DNA of 64,000 bases from contig CP086569.2 in the NCBI GenBank assembly GCA_009914755.4, positions 21,568,001 through 21,632,000 on the forward strand, in the 5' to 3' direction. This document shows, one piece after another, positions 48,658-63,049 of this stretch. How positions within the stretch are numbered: the first letter of the stretch is position 1; each line of letters begins with the position of its first letter. Source of the stretch: the human T2T-CHM13v2.0 reference genome, Homo sapiens. The notes beneath the pieces were generated by a model. It was not told the DNA's origin. It was given only the letters and a program-made list of their open reading frames with translations, and made no database searches. The position numbers were made by a program, and so were the translations under genes.

Positions 48658-48824
48658 GTAAGGGCAGGCAGCACAATTGATAAAGCTCTGCCCTACATAA
48701 CGACGATGGGAAATTTTGCTAAATTGTGTCCATGCGCCTGTGTTCAAGCCCTTCAGAGGAAACAAAGTGGTAGCTCACTTTGAAGGGGCCAAAACCATCC
48801 TGCCTTTGAGATAACCATGGTTTT

Positions 48825-49106
48825 GGCCCAGGTGCGGTGGCTCACGCCTGCAATCCCAACACTGTGGGAGGCCGAGGTGGGTGGATCACCTGAGGTTAGG
48901 AGTTCGAGACCAGCCTGCCCAACATGGCGAAACCCTGTTTCTACTAAAAACATAAAAATTAACTGGGTGTGTTGGAGCATACGTGAATTCCCAGCTATTT
49001 GGAAGGCTGAGGTAAGAGAATCTCTTGAACCCAGGAGGCAGAGGGTGCAGTGCACACCATTGCACTCCATCCTGGGCAACAAGAGCAAAATTCTGTCTCA
49101 AAAAAC
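48825..49106 (+). mobile_element. Alu element (plus, AluS-like)
   Basis: ggcccaggtgcggtggctcacgcctgcaatcccaacactgtgggaggccgaggtgggtggatcacctgaggttaggagttcgagaccagcctg.. Confidence 0.9.
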
Positions 49107-49130
49107 AATAATTCCTGTTGCTTGAAGAAT

Positions 49131-49211
49131 GTGTGTGTGTGTGTTTGTGTATATATGTGTGTGTGTGTATATATATATATACATAGAGAGAGAGAGAGAG
49201 AGAGAGAGAGA
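49131..49211. repeat. compound microsatellite (GT)n(TA)n(GT)n(TA)n(GA)n
   Basis: gtgtgtgtgtgtgtttgtgtatatatgtgtgtgtgtgtatatatatatacatagagagagagagagagagagagag. Confidence 0.9.
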
Positions 49212-49221
49212 AGCGGGGGAA

Positions 49222-49332
49222 GGTGTCTCACCTTGTTGCCCAGGCTGGTTTCCAACTCCCGGCCTCAAAGGAGCCTCCCACCTCACCTTTCAAAGCACCA
49301 AGATTGCAGATGTGGTCCACCATGCCTGGCCT
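49222..49332 (-). mobile_element. Alu half-fragment (minus)
   Basis: ggtgtctcaccttgttgcccaggctggtttccaactcccggcctcaaag..caagattgcagatgtggtccaccatgcctggcc. Confidence 0.7.
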
Positions 49333-49445
49333 AAAAAAACTTTTTATATGTTTATTCTTAACTTAATTTGCCATTTTTCCAAATATGGTTCTCTGCATTA
49401 ATTTAGTAATAATAGCTATTGTGTTTAAAATTGTAGGACCATTTT

Positions 49446-49766
<321 letters not shown>

Positions 49767-50703
49767 TCAAAAATATTAACCATTCATATGTATAGAAAGT
49801 GCACAAAAATTAATGTGTATATATCAATTTGTTTCCCTAGTAAAAACATCAAAACTTTTGTATGTTTGTTTAATGACTATGGCTTTGTTTTTAATACATT
49901 TTAGAAGAGACAAAGCTCCTCAGATTATTATCTTTTGAAACATAAACGTTGGGAAAGACAACTCCTGGAGATCCAACGACACACGTTATGGAGAACTTTT
50001 TAAAACTGCCATATGTATGTGATTTTGCTTTTCCTCCCACCTTACTAGTGCTTCATTCAATTTTGCATTGAAACTGTGGGATGTGGAGCCAGGCATCTGA
50101 ACCCACATGCTCAAGAAACATGATTCACCTCTGCAAAGGAGGGAATCAGATATGCATTTATCTCAGTGAGCAGAGAGGTGACTGAATAGAATGAGAGGCA
50201 GGTTTGCCCTAAGAAGTTCCCAGCTTGACTCTTCTCTTTAGTTTAGTGAGTTGGGGGCCCCAAGATTTATCTTCCTTTCACAGATCCAAGTGTGCTTGTG
50301 GCCATCACCATGACCTGGAGTTTTGCAGTGGCCAAATCCCAAATGCAGGTCTTGAATTGGCAAATGAAGACTCAGTGTTAAGCGAGTTATTGTCACATTT
50401 AGGGAAAATATGTATCCCATCTCCTAGTGTTGTCTGGAATTCATCCTGCTCATTTTCATTTTTCTCTTTACTTCTTGCCAAGTAGAGCAAGTGTGTTCCC
50501 AGGAGGTGAATTTGGGCACCCTGAGTGGTAGTGCAGAACCCTGGAATGCTCCAGGAAGAACTGCGTGGGAACTGGGCAGATATCAAACCATGTGGCAGAG
50601 TTCCCTGGGATAAATGCAGGCATGGCAGGCAGCTTTGGTGGCTCCCTGAAGAATGCCAGTGGCAAATGACTAGCTTTAAAGAGGTTTCTTTTTGCTGTAC
50701 AGC

Positions 50704-50930
50704 AGGGGTCCCCAACCTCTGGGGAACCAGCTGCACAGCAGGAGGTGCATAGGAAGCAATGCATCTTTACCACCTGAGCTCTGCTGCCTGTCACATCAGT
50801 GGTGGGGTTAAATTCTCATGGGACCAGGAACTCTATTGTGAACTGTGCATGTGAGGAATCTAGGGGGCGTGCTCCTTAGGAAAATCTAACTCTTGCAAAA
50901 TTGCCCTTGTTTGATGAGATGAATGCGCAG
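50704..50930. mobile_element. partial copy of a palindromic MITE-like DNA transposon (TIR 'caggggtccccaacc...')
   Basis: caggggtccccaacctctgggg..cagcaggaggtg..cctgagctctgctgcctgtcacatcagtggtggggttaaattctcatgggaccaggaactctattgtgaactgtgcatgtgaggaatctaggg..ctccttaggaaaatctaac. Confidence 0.5.
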
Positions 50931-53900
50931 GAATTTTGTCATGGTAGAAAAGGACCCTCTGGTCAAATTTTTTTCTGGGCATTTTTTGTGCTAAAGGTTT
51001 GACTTTCTCAAAACCGCTTTCCTAATACAGATGCTTTCATTCTTTGGCCCTCCTGCAAGAAAAAATGCCTTGAGCATTAAAAAACAAAGAAACAAAAACT
51101 GTTGTCATGACCTACTGCCCAGTCTGCTTTTGCTTTGCTTTCACTAGACCCCTTGGTAGACATTGCTTTGATTGTGCTTTGCCTTCAGGATTGTTACAGT
51201 AGGTAGTCAGACATGAGTATGGCAGGAAAAGGTCTCCCTCCCCAGGAATGCGACGTGACCATCAAGTGATTGTCAGATGGTTGGTAAACTGACCCTCCTT
51301 TAGGAACACTTGACTGGTAAGGGAGGAGACTGCCTCAAATGAGCATAGATACAACTCCAAGAAACACATTGCAGATATGGCCCCTCCCAAAGCTAACAGG
51401 CCACTGTGCAAGCAGACAGTGTGCCCCAAGAGAAGAATCATGGAAGAAGGGATGCAAGACCACAGAAACCATGCCAACATATAAGACCCCAGGTCAAGGG
51501 CTAAACAGTGCACTTCTTCTCTTAAGTTGCCTGCTTGGTGCTCTTCCAAGTGTACTTTACTGTGTTTCATTCCTGGTTCTAAAGACTTTTAATAAACTTT
51601 CCCTCTTGCTCTGAACCATGCCTCAGACTGTCACTCTGCCTTATGCCTCTCAGCGGAAATCTTTCCTCTGAGGAGGCACAAAGTGAGGTTCCTTCAGAAC
51701 TGTGTGGATTTACAACACTGCTAACATGAGGAGGTTTGGGGGTTCACTCCAGGACACACTTCCTCGAGGAGGAAGTAGGCACTCAACTCTTTACCAGCCC
51801 CAGCCCAGAAGTCTTTTCCAAGGATGCTGTCAAGGGCTTCATTCCTGTTATCCTTTTCTAACCATTGCCCTTAACTGATTTCCTGTGCTGCACTCCCCGT
51901 TTTCTTTCTTGAGAAAAGACGATAGCCAAGTGCATTATGGGACTGGAGCCTCTTCAGTCTGCACTCAGTCCCTTCCCTCTCCTCTTTCCTCTCCCGTTCC
52001 TCACACACCTCCGTAGACCTCCAAGGGCACTTCTGCAGCCAACCCAGGAGGATCCCAGTACAGAAGTGAAAAGTCACCTAGTCCTAGTGCTGAGCTAACA
52101 AATGAAGGCACAGAACTTGAGCCAGCAGAGCCTTGCACATTTTCATTTATTGAACCTGCTCACTTTCTGCAGCTGTATTCTGCTGATATCTCTGAAGGAT
52201 GACAAATAAAGTCAACTGTCCTGAATAATTCCAGGAGATAACATGTGTCACTGTCTAAGACTAAGGCATGGGGCCACTCCCAGTAGCCATGATCCCAGAG
52301 AACTTCCCTACTATTTACCTGTAGTCACTGTCTTTGGAACAGGATGGGGTTGGCCATGAGGACCAGCAGCAGGGGGCGGTATATGGTGCATAGTGGGGGA
52401 TGGCATGGTTAGGCCCGGCTCACACCTGAGAGAGGAAAGTCAAGTCATTCTTCTCAGAAACAAAGCTTTGGCCACTTATCTGGAAGCCAAGATAAGAGGA
52501 TAAGAACAACAAAGGAAATGCATAAACCTGCTTCTGACTGCCCAAAGGAAATATGAGTCATTTCTCATGTCTGGAACAAGCAGTTAATTGTAGGTAAGTA
52601 AGGGAGATCAACCATGTTTCTGTCTCAGAAATGGGAGGTCCTCTAAGGTGTTCCACTGGAGGGAGTTTTTGAAGGTCCCTGCTGGGAAAAGGTCTGAAAA
52701 GAAATGACACTCTGGGATGGTGGATTCCCTGCACTGGGTCTTAATGAAAAAACACAATTTAAGTAAAGACAAAGGCACTCCATTAAGTAGTTAGGTTTTG
52801 AGTGCTCACAACATGGCTTTGGGCAATAACATGAATAAGATACAGTTCCTGGGCTTGATCAACTCAAAATGTACCAGCTACATATTTCAGATAAAATGTG
52901 TTCTCATTGTTATAGATAACAATAGTTTCAGAAGCTCTTGTCAGGGAAAAGGAAAATGATTTCTACTGATGGGTCATAGGAGTCACTGGTCACCATAGAA
53001 TGTCCCGAGGGCCTCACAAACATATGTTACCAAGGTTAACGACTATTAGCTGGGAAATGCTTCATGTAGGAGAGAAGCAAAATGTCACAGAGGAAGAGAG
53101 AACTGAAGGGAAAGGGGTAGGAGGAGTGCTCCAGCTCAACCAAGAGGGACGCAGAAAAGCAACTGACCAAACAGCCACATGGCCACAGAAGGAGAGATGA
53201 CAAAAATAGATGAAAGCACTGTTAATATTCACAGAGTGGTCAAACCAGAAGAGTGAAGGTGGCAGAAAGTGTAAAAAAGAAAAAAAAAAAGCAGGTATGA
53301 AAAATGCAATACCCATCTCCTCTTGCCATATAGGAAGGATTACTACACCACCTCTCATCGCTGCCACCTTCTTTTAACAGGTGGTTTTATCCTCAGCTGT
53401 AGAGGCTAAAATTCAGCCTAAAAAGCCTTGAGAGGAGAAAGGGAAACAAAAAAGGAAGAGAAGTGACTCCGATGCAAAGACAGAAAGAAAATGACACATA
53501 GGAGAGTGAGGTTGTGTGTGTGAAGAATGCTGAAGGCCCTGGGTCATGCAATGTGAGGATGAAGAGATCATCACAGATAAGTTACTTAAAAGGTGCCACT
53601 CCCAAAGACCCTGGGAGCATCTCAGGGTTCCCTGTGAGCCCTGCAGTAATGGCACTCTCAGGCTCAGAAGCAACTTTGCCAGGAATCTCTAGGGTCCCAC
53701 AGGCAAGGGAGTGCAACAGATACTCCCTTTCCAACTAGGTACATTCTGTTATAATAGCTGTTGATACTGCATCTGTCCTCTTAAAGTTCCCTAGGAAAAC
53801 AGACCATACAGATGGATCTACCACTGAGCTCCCTGCTTGTATTTACGGTTGACATGACAATACCCATTTGGAGACATTTAATTGAGTTGCTGCAAGAAGC

Positions 53901-55242
53901 CAGAAAAGAGAGAGAGAGAAATAATCTACACCATGGGTCAGCATACTTTTTCTGTAAAGGAACATACAGTAAATATTTTTAGCATCATAGGTCAAACTGT
54001 GTTCTCTGTTGTGACTACCACTCAACTCTAACTTAGCGCAAAAGCAGCCACAGGCAGTACATAAAGAAATGGGTGTGGCTGTAATCCAGTAGAACTTTAT
54101 TTACAAAAACAGATGTGGCCCAGGTTTGTCCTGAGGGCTGCCATGTGCTGATTCCTGTCATAAAATCACAGATAAAGACACTTGTTCATTGCTGTTTTCC
54201 ACTTTTCCACTGGAAGTTAGAGTATATATCCTTGGAAGGACCTTGGCTTTACAACTGAGGGTTGCACAGACAGGAATGTAAACTTGAGGAAATGCCTTAG
54301 ACAGTTACAGTGGTTACATCTACCTGTGTCTGTTGTTTGGCAGTTTCAGCGGCCACATCCCCCTCTCTGTGCACAATGGAAGAGAAGCTAGAAACCACAG
54401 GAAGAAGAGCTGTAGAATGAGCTTTTCACAGGGCTTCCCTTGGCTTCTTCCACATTATCCTACACTCATTCCATGAATGCTAAACTCACCTGATCATTCA
54501 GAGGAAGCGTGAAGAACAAAAATTTAAAAGTTCACAAATATGGATGCTGGGAATACACGAAAAATTCTGCATGCAGACTTACATGAAGGGAGATATGCTG
54601 AAAGCTTCATATGCATGCTTGTGTGCACAGGCACCTATGCACGCAAATAAGAAAAGCAGAAGCAGAGAGAATGATTCCAGGGTCCAAGCTACTGGAGTCA
54701 TCCCTCCATGTCTGGGCTGTGAGTGTGGCCCTGAGACAATGGCCTGACCTTCAAGGAGCCCACTCTGTGGGTCAGGGTTCTGCATTCTCTGCAAGAGGTC
54801 CCCTGCAATGAGGGGCCAGGCATGGAGCCACCTAGGGTACTGGAGTCCTGGATTCCCTGGACATGAAAGGGTAGTAGAGCATGGTGGCTCCCTGCACCCT
54901 AGGTCAGGGTGTTCAGGCCCCATGCCATGATATGGTGCAGCAGGATGGTACTGGGGGGAAGCACAACAATGACCACAGCACAACAGGGCAGAGAGCCCAG
55001 CCTGGAACAGCAAGGTGAGCTCCTGCACTCTGGATAGGTCAGGAAAATGTACCCAAAGTAAAGCCTGTCAGCAAAGAGCTTCCTCATGCTGCTGAGGTTG
55101 GTTGGTTGTTTTCCATTGAGGTGGAAATCACATCACAGAAAATTAACTATTTTAAGGTGAATAATTTAGTGCAATTAGTACATTCACAATACTGTGCAGC
55201 CATCATCATTGAAAACACCAAAATGGTTGTTTTGGTTTCTGT

Positions 55243-55364
55243 GTTTTTGTAGAGATGGGATGTCACCAAGTTGCCCAGGCTGGTCTCAAACTCCTGGCCT
55301 CAAGTGATCCTCCTGCCTTGGCCTCCAAAGTGTTGGGATTACAGGCATGAGTCACCATGCCTGG
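55243..55364 (-). mobile_element. Alu fragment (minus)
   Basis: tgtagagatgggatgtcaccaagttgcccaggctggtctcaaactcctggcctcaagtgatcctcctgccttggcctccaaagtgttgggattacaggcatgagtcaccatgcctgg. Confidence 0.8.
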
Positions 55365-55724
55365 ACAACCAAATGTTTTCATCATCCCCCAAAGAGATAC
55401 CATATCAACTAAGCGGTCACTCTCTTTTCCCTCACCTGCTTTTATGTATCTGTGGGTTTGCCTGTTCTGGACATTTCATGTAAATGGTAGCATACACTGT
55501 GTGGCCTTTTGCATCTGGCATCCTTCACTCACCATAACAAGTAAACCCATGTTGTAGCATGGATCGGTACATTATTCCTTTTTGTGACTAAATATCATTC
55601 CATTGTATAGTTAGACCCCACTCATCCTTCAGTGGACATTTAATTTGTTTAACCCTTTTGCCTACTGTAAGTAGTGCTGCTATGAATATGTCTCATGTAC
55701 AAGGATTAGTTTAAGGCCAGGCAC

Positions 55725-56006
55725 AGTGGTTTATGCCTGTAATACCAGCACTTTGGGAGGTCAGGTTGGAAGGATCACTTCAGTCCAGGAGTTCGTGACA
55801 AGCCTGATTAACAAAGCCAGACCCTATCTCTGCAAAAACTTAAAAAATTAGCCCAGCATGGTGGTGTGTGCCTGTTGTCCCAGCTACTCAGGAGACTGAG
55901 ACTGGAGATTGCTTGAACCTGGGAGGTCGAGGCTGCAGTGAGCTATGATTGCACTGCTGCGCTCCAGCCTGGGTGACAGACTGAGGACCTTTCTCAAAAC
56001 AAAAAT
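55725..56006 (+). mobile_element. Alu element (plus, older AluJ/S)
   Basis: ggccaggcacagtggtttatgcctgtaataccagcactttgggaggtcaggttggaaggatcacttcagtccaggagttcgtgacaagcctg.. Confidence 0.85.
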
Positions 56007-56379
56007 ATATCTGAGTTTCTGTTTTCAGTTCTTTGGGTGTATACGTAGGAGTGGAATTCCTGGGTTAGATGATATTTCTATGTACAGGATTTTGAGGAAC
56101 CACTGAACTGCTTTCCACAGCAGCTGTACCATTTTACATTCCTACCAGCAATGCGCAAGGGTTCTAACTTCTCCATATCTATGCTAAGCCTATTTTACAA
56201 TTTTGATTGTAGCTATCCTAGTGACAGTGACTGAAGTTTTTGAGACTTGATCTAAACGGGACCCATCGTGATAAAACCACGGAATAGGAATTTCTGCTGA
56301 AAGCATACACTCTGATGGCATTTTTCTGTTCTCATTGGCTATGGTTTTAATGTTTGTGTCCTCCAAAAATTCATGTTGA

Positions 56380-56700
56380 AATCCTAACCCTCAAGGGGAT
56401 GGTATTAAGAGGTGGGGGCTTGGGAGGTGATGAGGTCATGAGAGTGGAGCCTCATGAAAGTGATAAGTGACCTTATAAAAGGGACCCCAGGGAGCTCTCT
56501 CACCCCTTCCACCATGTGAGGAAACTGTAAAAACTCTCCGTCTATGAACCAGGAAGTGTGTTGTCACTGAATCTCCCATGCCTTGATCTTGAACTCCCAG
56601 CCTGCAGAACTGTGAGCAATGCATTTCTGTTGTGTATGAGCCACCGCTAGTCTGTGATGTTTGTTACAGCAGTCTGGACAGACTAAGACACCACCTTACA
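56380..56700. mobile_element. ancient mammalian-wide interspersed repeat (unassigned family)
   Basis: ..ggggtggggccctcatgaa(t/a)gggat(t/a)agtgcccttataaaag(a/g)gacccc..ccatgtgaggacac..cttgatcttggacttcccagcctccagaactgtgagaaataaatttctgttgtttaagccacc..agtct(a/g)tggtattttgttatagcagcc..gactaagaca motif recognised from many mammalian genomes. Confidence 0.4.
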
Positions 56701-57835
56701 AGTATGGTACTTGCCAGGTGCTCCTCCCAGCCCTTCAAACCCGCCCAGCCTCCCCACTTATTCCTCCTATAGCCTCATCCCAGGAAGATGCTCTGAGGCT
56801 CAAGAAGTCTGAACCCTGAATCCAAACATCTGGCACATTGGTACCTGCACTGCCTTGGCCAGATACTTTTCTCAGAGTTGTGGTTTGCTTTTCTCAGTGG
56901 GGTGAACAAGGAAATCCTTTTCAGCCTGCCTGTGCCATTACGCTAAGGGCTGGGTAGACGTCAGGACCGGCTGCTTTCTGCTTCTATGCTGCTCTTCAGG
57001 GCAGGCTGGCCATCCGTGCCTGCCTCCACTTTCCCACAATGCTGGGCCTACCCTTCACACCTGGCTGTCTTCAATTTGAGGACAATCAGAAGTCCCCAGC
57101 AGTGGGATTTACCAGCATCCTATGCTCAGGGAGGGTGGAGACATGTGCTGGACCATCAGCACCATCACTCTGGGAATTGCCTTTGGGTGTACATTTTGTA
57201 CAGGGGAAGAGGGGCCAGTGATAGGAGGGCCTTCCTACAACCTTAACTTACAGGATGGCCGTCAGCTTGTGCAAAAGTAACGTCCAGTTGAAAGGAATGA
57301 AGTACTGATGTATGCTGCTACATTGGTAAACCTCAGAAACAGAATGCTGAGTGAAAAGCCAGATACAAAAGGTGCACATATTGTATGATTACACTGACAT
57401 CGGGGTGGCTGCTAATAGGTACAGGGTTTCTTTTTGGGATAGCGGAAATGTTTTGGAACTATCAGTATTGGAGCTAACTGATGTATAACTCTGCAGATGG
57501 CACTAAAAGCCACTGAAATGCACACTTTTGAAGGTGACTGTTACAGTATTTAAGTTATATCTCAATTAAAGAATAATAGAGTTGTAGCCGCACAGTATGT
57601 CTCACTCAGTGTACATTGGCTGAATGTTTACCGAGCAAAGATCATGCCTGTTCTAGGCACTGGGGACGTGAAGATCCCTGCCCACATGGGGGTGACCACC
57701 TCGAGAGGGCAACATACAAGAAGCAGTGTAACGTCCCTGCCTGTGCCCCTTCTGGGGGCTAGTCCCACAGGCCCTGTTTGGATGAAGAAGATTTTACATG
57801 AAATCAAGCTTGGAGCTGTGATTAATTTAAGGCAA

Positions 57836-58360
57836 GTGTCCGCAACCCCCAGTTGCAACCATACTGGTTCATGGCCTGTTAGAAACTGGGCTACATAGCA
57901 GGAGGTAAGCAGTAGGCTAGCAAGTGAAGCTTCAACTGTATTTACAGCCACTCCCCGTCACTCGCACTACCACCTGGGCTCCACCTGCTGTCAGATTAGC
58001 AGTGGCATTAGATTCTCATAGCATTGCGAACCCTATTTGTGAACTGCACTTATGAGGAATCTGAGTTTTGGGCTCCTAATGAAAATCTAATGCCTGGTGA
58101 TCTGTCACTGTCTCCTATCACTCCCAAATAGGACTGTTTAGTTACAGGAAAACAAGCTTGGGGCTCCCACTGATTCTACATGATGGTGAGGTGTAAAATT
58201 ATTTCATTATATATTACAATGTAATAACAGCAGAAATAAAGTACACAATAAAGGTAATGCACATGAATCAATCCAAAACCATTCCCAGCACCAATCCATG
58301 GGGGAAAAAAATTGTCTTCCATGAAAGTGGTCTCTGCTGTCAAAAAGGTTGGAGGCTGCT
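57836..58360. mobile_element. second, fuller copy of the palindromic MITE-like DNA transposon seen at 50704
   Basis: ..ggttcatggcctgttagaaactgggctacatagcaggaggtaagc..cacctgggctccacctgctgtcagattagcagtggcattagattctcatagcattgcgaaccctatttgtgaactgcacttatgaggaatctgagttttgggctcctaatgaaaatctaatgcctggtgatctg..aaaattgtcttccatgaaagtggtctctgctgtcaaaaaggttggaggctgctg. Confidence 0.5.
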
Positions 58361-58389
58361 GATCTAAGAGACAAGACTATGGGGCTGTT

Positions 58390-58692
58390 TTTTCTCTTTA
58401 TAATAGACAGGGTTACTCTCTGCCATTCATACTGGGGTACAGTGGCATTATAAGTCCTCACAGTAACTTCAAACTCCTGAGCTCAAGTGACACATCTCCC
58501 TCAGTTTCCCAAATAGCTAGGGCAACAGCGCACACCACCATGCTCCACTAATTTTTTTTAATTTTATTTTTAGTAGAGATGGGGTCCTGCTATGTTGCCC
58601 AGGCTTATTTCATACTCCTGCGCTTAAACCATCCTCTTGCCTCAGCCTCCTAAAGTGCTAGGATTACAGGTGTGAGCCACCACACATCACAG
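58390..58692 (-). mobile_element. older Alu (minus)
   Basis: ..gacagggttactctctgccattcatactggggtacagtggcattataagtcctcacag..gcctcagcctcctaaagtgctaggattacaggtgtgagccaccacac. Confidence 0.8.
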
Positions 58693-58995
58693 CTGGATAA
58701 AACTACGTATATAAGTTAAAGTGGACAAACACTTGTGATAGCCCAAATAAGTTTCCCTAAAGATGTCCCTGTCCTAATCTCTGGAACCTGTGACTATGTT
58801 TCCTTATATGGCAAAAGAGACTTTGTAGGTGAAGTTAAGGATGTTTGAGATGAGGACGTTATCCTGGATTATCTGGGTTGGCCCACTGTAACTGCCAGAA
58901 TCCAGGAAAGCAGACTGTCAGCTGCAGAGAACCAGAGAGATAAGAAGGACCTAAACCACTGTTGCTAAGAAGAGGTCATGAGTCAAGGAATGTGG

Positions 58996-59100
58996 GCTAT
59001 AGCCAGGCGTGGTCCATACCTGTAGCCCCAGCAAGAGGATTCCTTGAGCCTGGGAGGTTGAGGTTGCAGTGAGCCAAGATGGCACCATCACACTCTAGCA
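58996..59100 (+). mobile_element. Alu right-arm fragment
   Basis: ggctatagccaggcgtggtccatacctgtagccccagcaagaggattccttgagcctgggaggttgaggttgcagtgagccaagatggcaccatcacactctagc. Confidence 0.6.
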
Positions 59101-59300
59101 TGAGTTTCAGAGCAAGAACTTCTGTATTTATTTATTTTTATTTTTTGAGACAGGGTCTCACTCTGTCACCCAGGCTGGAGTTCACAATATAGCTGCATTC
59201 TCCATCAGAGTTTATGCGTGGACACTAATTGTTAAGTTTCATGTACACTCACATGCCAGGATTTTTTTTTTCTTTTGATTTCTAAAAACATTTTGAAGCA

Positions 59301-59560
59301 AGGTGAGGTGGTTCAGGCCTGTAATCCCAAAATTTTAGAATGCGAAGGTGGGAGATCTCTTGAGCTCAAGAGTTGGAAACCAGCCTAGGCAACACAGTGA
59401 TATCCCATTTCTACCAAAAATTTTAAAATTAGCCATGTGTGGTGGTGTGCACCTGTAGTCTCAGCCCAGGAGGTTGAGGCTGAAGTGAACTATGATCCTA
59501 GCCTGGGCAGCAGAATGAGACTCTGTCTCAAAACAAACAAACAAACAAACAAACAAAAAC
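59301..59560 (+). mobile_element. older Alu (AluJ-like) with (CAAA)n tail
   Basis: aggtgaggtggttcaggcctgtaatcccaaaattttagaatgcgaaggtgggagatctcttgagctcaagagttggaaaccagcctaggcaacac..caaaacaaacaaacaaacaaacaaacaaaaac. Confidence 0.8.
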
Positions 59561-59641
59561 CTAATGTGTAAAACCATTCTTAGCTCATGGGCCTTAGAAT
59601 ATGGGCAAGATTTTGTTCATGGGCTGCAGTTTGCACAGCTA

Positions 59642-60118
<477 letters not shown>

Positions 60119-60149
60119 TCAGAAACACAATGAATGGATTTTTAAAGAC

Positions 60150-61640
60150 CGAACCTCACGTGGACAGGAATTTTTACCTACCATTTTGCATGGAAAAATT
60201 ACCTACTCGTTCAGTCCGGTCCCGAGGGAAGCGCCTCTGCTTCCCTTTTCTCTGTGCTTCAAGTGTTCAGAAGCCCAATCCAGCCGGAGGGTGGTGCGCC
60301 ATCACTCAGGCACCGATCTAGTTACAACTCGACTGCCCTATGTCCTCACCTGGGCACTGAGCAGGTCTTAACCCACAGATGGAGCACACACTTACCTAGG
60401 CAGCCAAGCAGCGGCAGCACCCAGGATGCGCTGAGTTGGCCGGGAGGTCCGGGGGAACCAGGGCCTCAGGCTGACAGCAGGGCAGCAGTTGCAGGAGGCT
60501 CAGGGCCAGGCAGAGCTGCCACTGTCCAGTGGCTGAAACATCAGCACGAACTGCCTGGCTGCCTCCCAGAGGGGCAGCAGAAGGTCGCCAGTTTTTGGGA
60601 GGCCACGGACGGGCAGCTCTGTAACCACCCAACAGGTTCATCTTGCCAGCTGCCTAGAGAGAGCTGATTTATCAAGACAGGGGAATTGCAATGGAGAAAG
60701 AGTAATCCATGCAGAGTCAGCTGTGCAGGAAATCTTATTATTACTCAAATGGGTCTCCCCTAGCACTTGTGGATTGGAGTTTAACAAGGATAATTTTGCA
60801 GGTAACGGCTCTCCTCATGCCTACATATGTATTTGACTAACAGTCTTCTGAAAATGATTCAATCAGAAAAGCCCGTTTTAGTCAGAGAGCACTATTCAGC
60901 ACTGTTATATCTGGAGGAGCGAATGCTTTTTTGGGGGAGAATAATAAAAAAGGAAAATGATGGGGAAAAGAATGGAAAAGTGAGTTGTCTGCCGCAGAGA
61001 GTGGAAGAAACCAGTCCAGTTAAGGTTAAGGGCTCTCCGAGAGCTGTCCAGGACTAGAACTGAAATTGATAGTGCTCTGATGAGGGTAAGAACACCAGAG
61101 CTCTTGTCTCACATTGAATTAGATAAAACAACAGGACACAGGTGGAGTTGTTTTAAGGAGCAGAGAGTTTAATAGGCAAGAAACAAGGAAGAACAAAGAA
61201 GGAAGAAGCTCCCCTGTACAGACACAGAGGGAGGGAGGACTCGAAAGCCAAGAGATGGAACCCAAGTGGGGAGGAAACAAGCCAGGTATACGTAGAGGCT
61301 GGAGGAGGCGGTGTCTGATTTGCACAGGGCACAGTGGATTGGTTTGACAAGGCATGTCATTCACTTAGCCCACGAAAAAGCGGGCCCAACTACTCTAGTC
61401 TTTTAATATGCAAACGAAGGACGCCATGATGTTCTACACACGTGGGGATATGTGGGGGTGGCCATGTTGCCAGGAACATGTAGGGCAAGGGCAGGAGGGC
61501 ACAGGAATTGCCATGTTTGGGTGGACCCAGTTTCTAATGGCCTACATTTGCATATCAAAGTTTGCCAGCCAAGCCCTAAGAGCCAAAGCTCTAAGAGCCC
61601 AGGCTTTGCTTCTAGACAAGAAACATTTCTAGAGCAGCTT
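60150..61640. mobile_element. possible ERV-derived solo LTR or LTR fragment (family unassigned)
   Basis: CpG-containing, TG...CA-bounded segment (tgatttatcaagacaggggaattgcaatggagaaagagtaatccatgcagagtcagctgtgcagg ... catttctagagca) with LTR-like 'ggggaattgcaatag..' motif; no ORFs. Confidence 0.3.
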
Positions 61641-62002
61641 TAATAGAAATGAAAACTTTTCCTCTCTATTTGCCTAAAATAATTTCTTAATAACTCCTAC
61701 CACAAAAGCAGCAAAGGGACCTAAGTAATGGCAAAAGGAGTCTAGGAGTCTCAGAATAGAAGAGGTGAATACTAGTACAGAGCAAACAGTGTGGAGTTCA
61801 GATCTATTCCAGCCTGCTGTCTTGCTAGCTGGCACATACAGTGCCTATAGACTTGAATCAAGGAATTGAATGCAAAGACAAACAAAACATAACAACAAAA
61901 ACATTTTAGGCACTGTTACGCGCTTACAAATTGGTAAAAATGGTCGATGTTACTGTGTTGTGTTCTCTCTACAGTTAAAGGAAAAAGAAAAGAAAAGCTG
62001 GA

Positions 62003-62527
<525 letters not shown>

Positions 62528-63049
62528 CCTAGAAAATAACACAAGGAAATTTTTGATGGTGATGGAGATGTTTATTACCTCGATTGTGATGATGGTTCCG
62601 TGGGTTTACGCCTATGTCCGAACTCGTCAAACGGTACAGATTAAGGAAGTCCATTTGGCTGGTTGTGTTTTGTATAGCAATTCCACCTCAATAAAGCTGT
62701 GACATCACACACATGCGAGCGTGGTACAACTTACATAGCCGAGTTCACCTTTTTAAAAGTGAATTGTTTTGGAGGTTTTAGGGACATGCACAGAGTTGTG
62801 CAACCATCACCTCAAGTTAATGCAAAACAAGGTATTGAACTTACAATTCACGTCCCATAAAACCTACCCTTTCAAAGTTGACAATACAGACGATTTTAAT
62901 ACATTCTCAAACCTGTGAAATTGGCCCTAATTCAGAAAAACGAATTGTTTCTTAAATCATGATTTTACAATACAACATGTCACAGTCACAAGGAATCATA
63001 CAGGTTATTTCTTAACGATTGGCTTTTTTTTTTTTAAGGCGGCTAAATC

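Noticed and set aside
50262-50347. Segment with splice-like boundaries (tttcacag|...aatgcag|gtcttg) considered as a downstream TBL1Y exon (..PVYSVAFSPDGKYLASG..)
   Set aside because: There is only faint nucleotide resemblance (gtgtgcttgtggcc vs gtgtacagtgtggcc) and no frame gives the expected peptide. Neighbouring TBL1Y-like exons are >90% identical, so a genuine exon should be obvious.
54780-55030. Weakly periodic region (..ggtcagggt(t/g)(c/t)..ctgca..ggccaggcatggagcc / ccccatgccatgatatgg..) and 149-aa minus-strand ORF 54579-55028
   Set aside because: Periodicity is too degenerate to define a unit by eye. The ORF has no recognisable homology and low-complexity composition. It is left unannotated.
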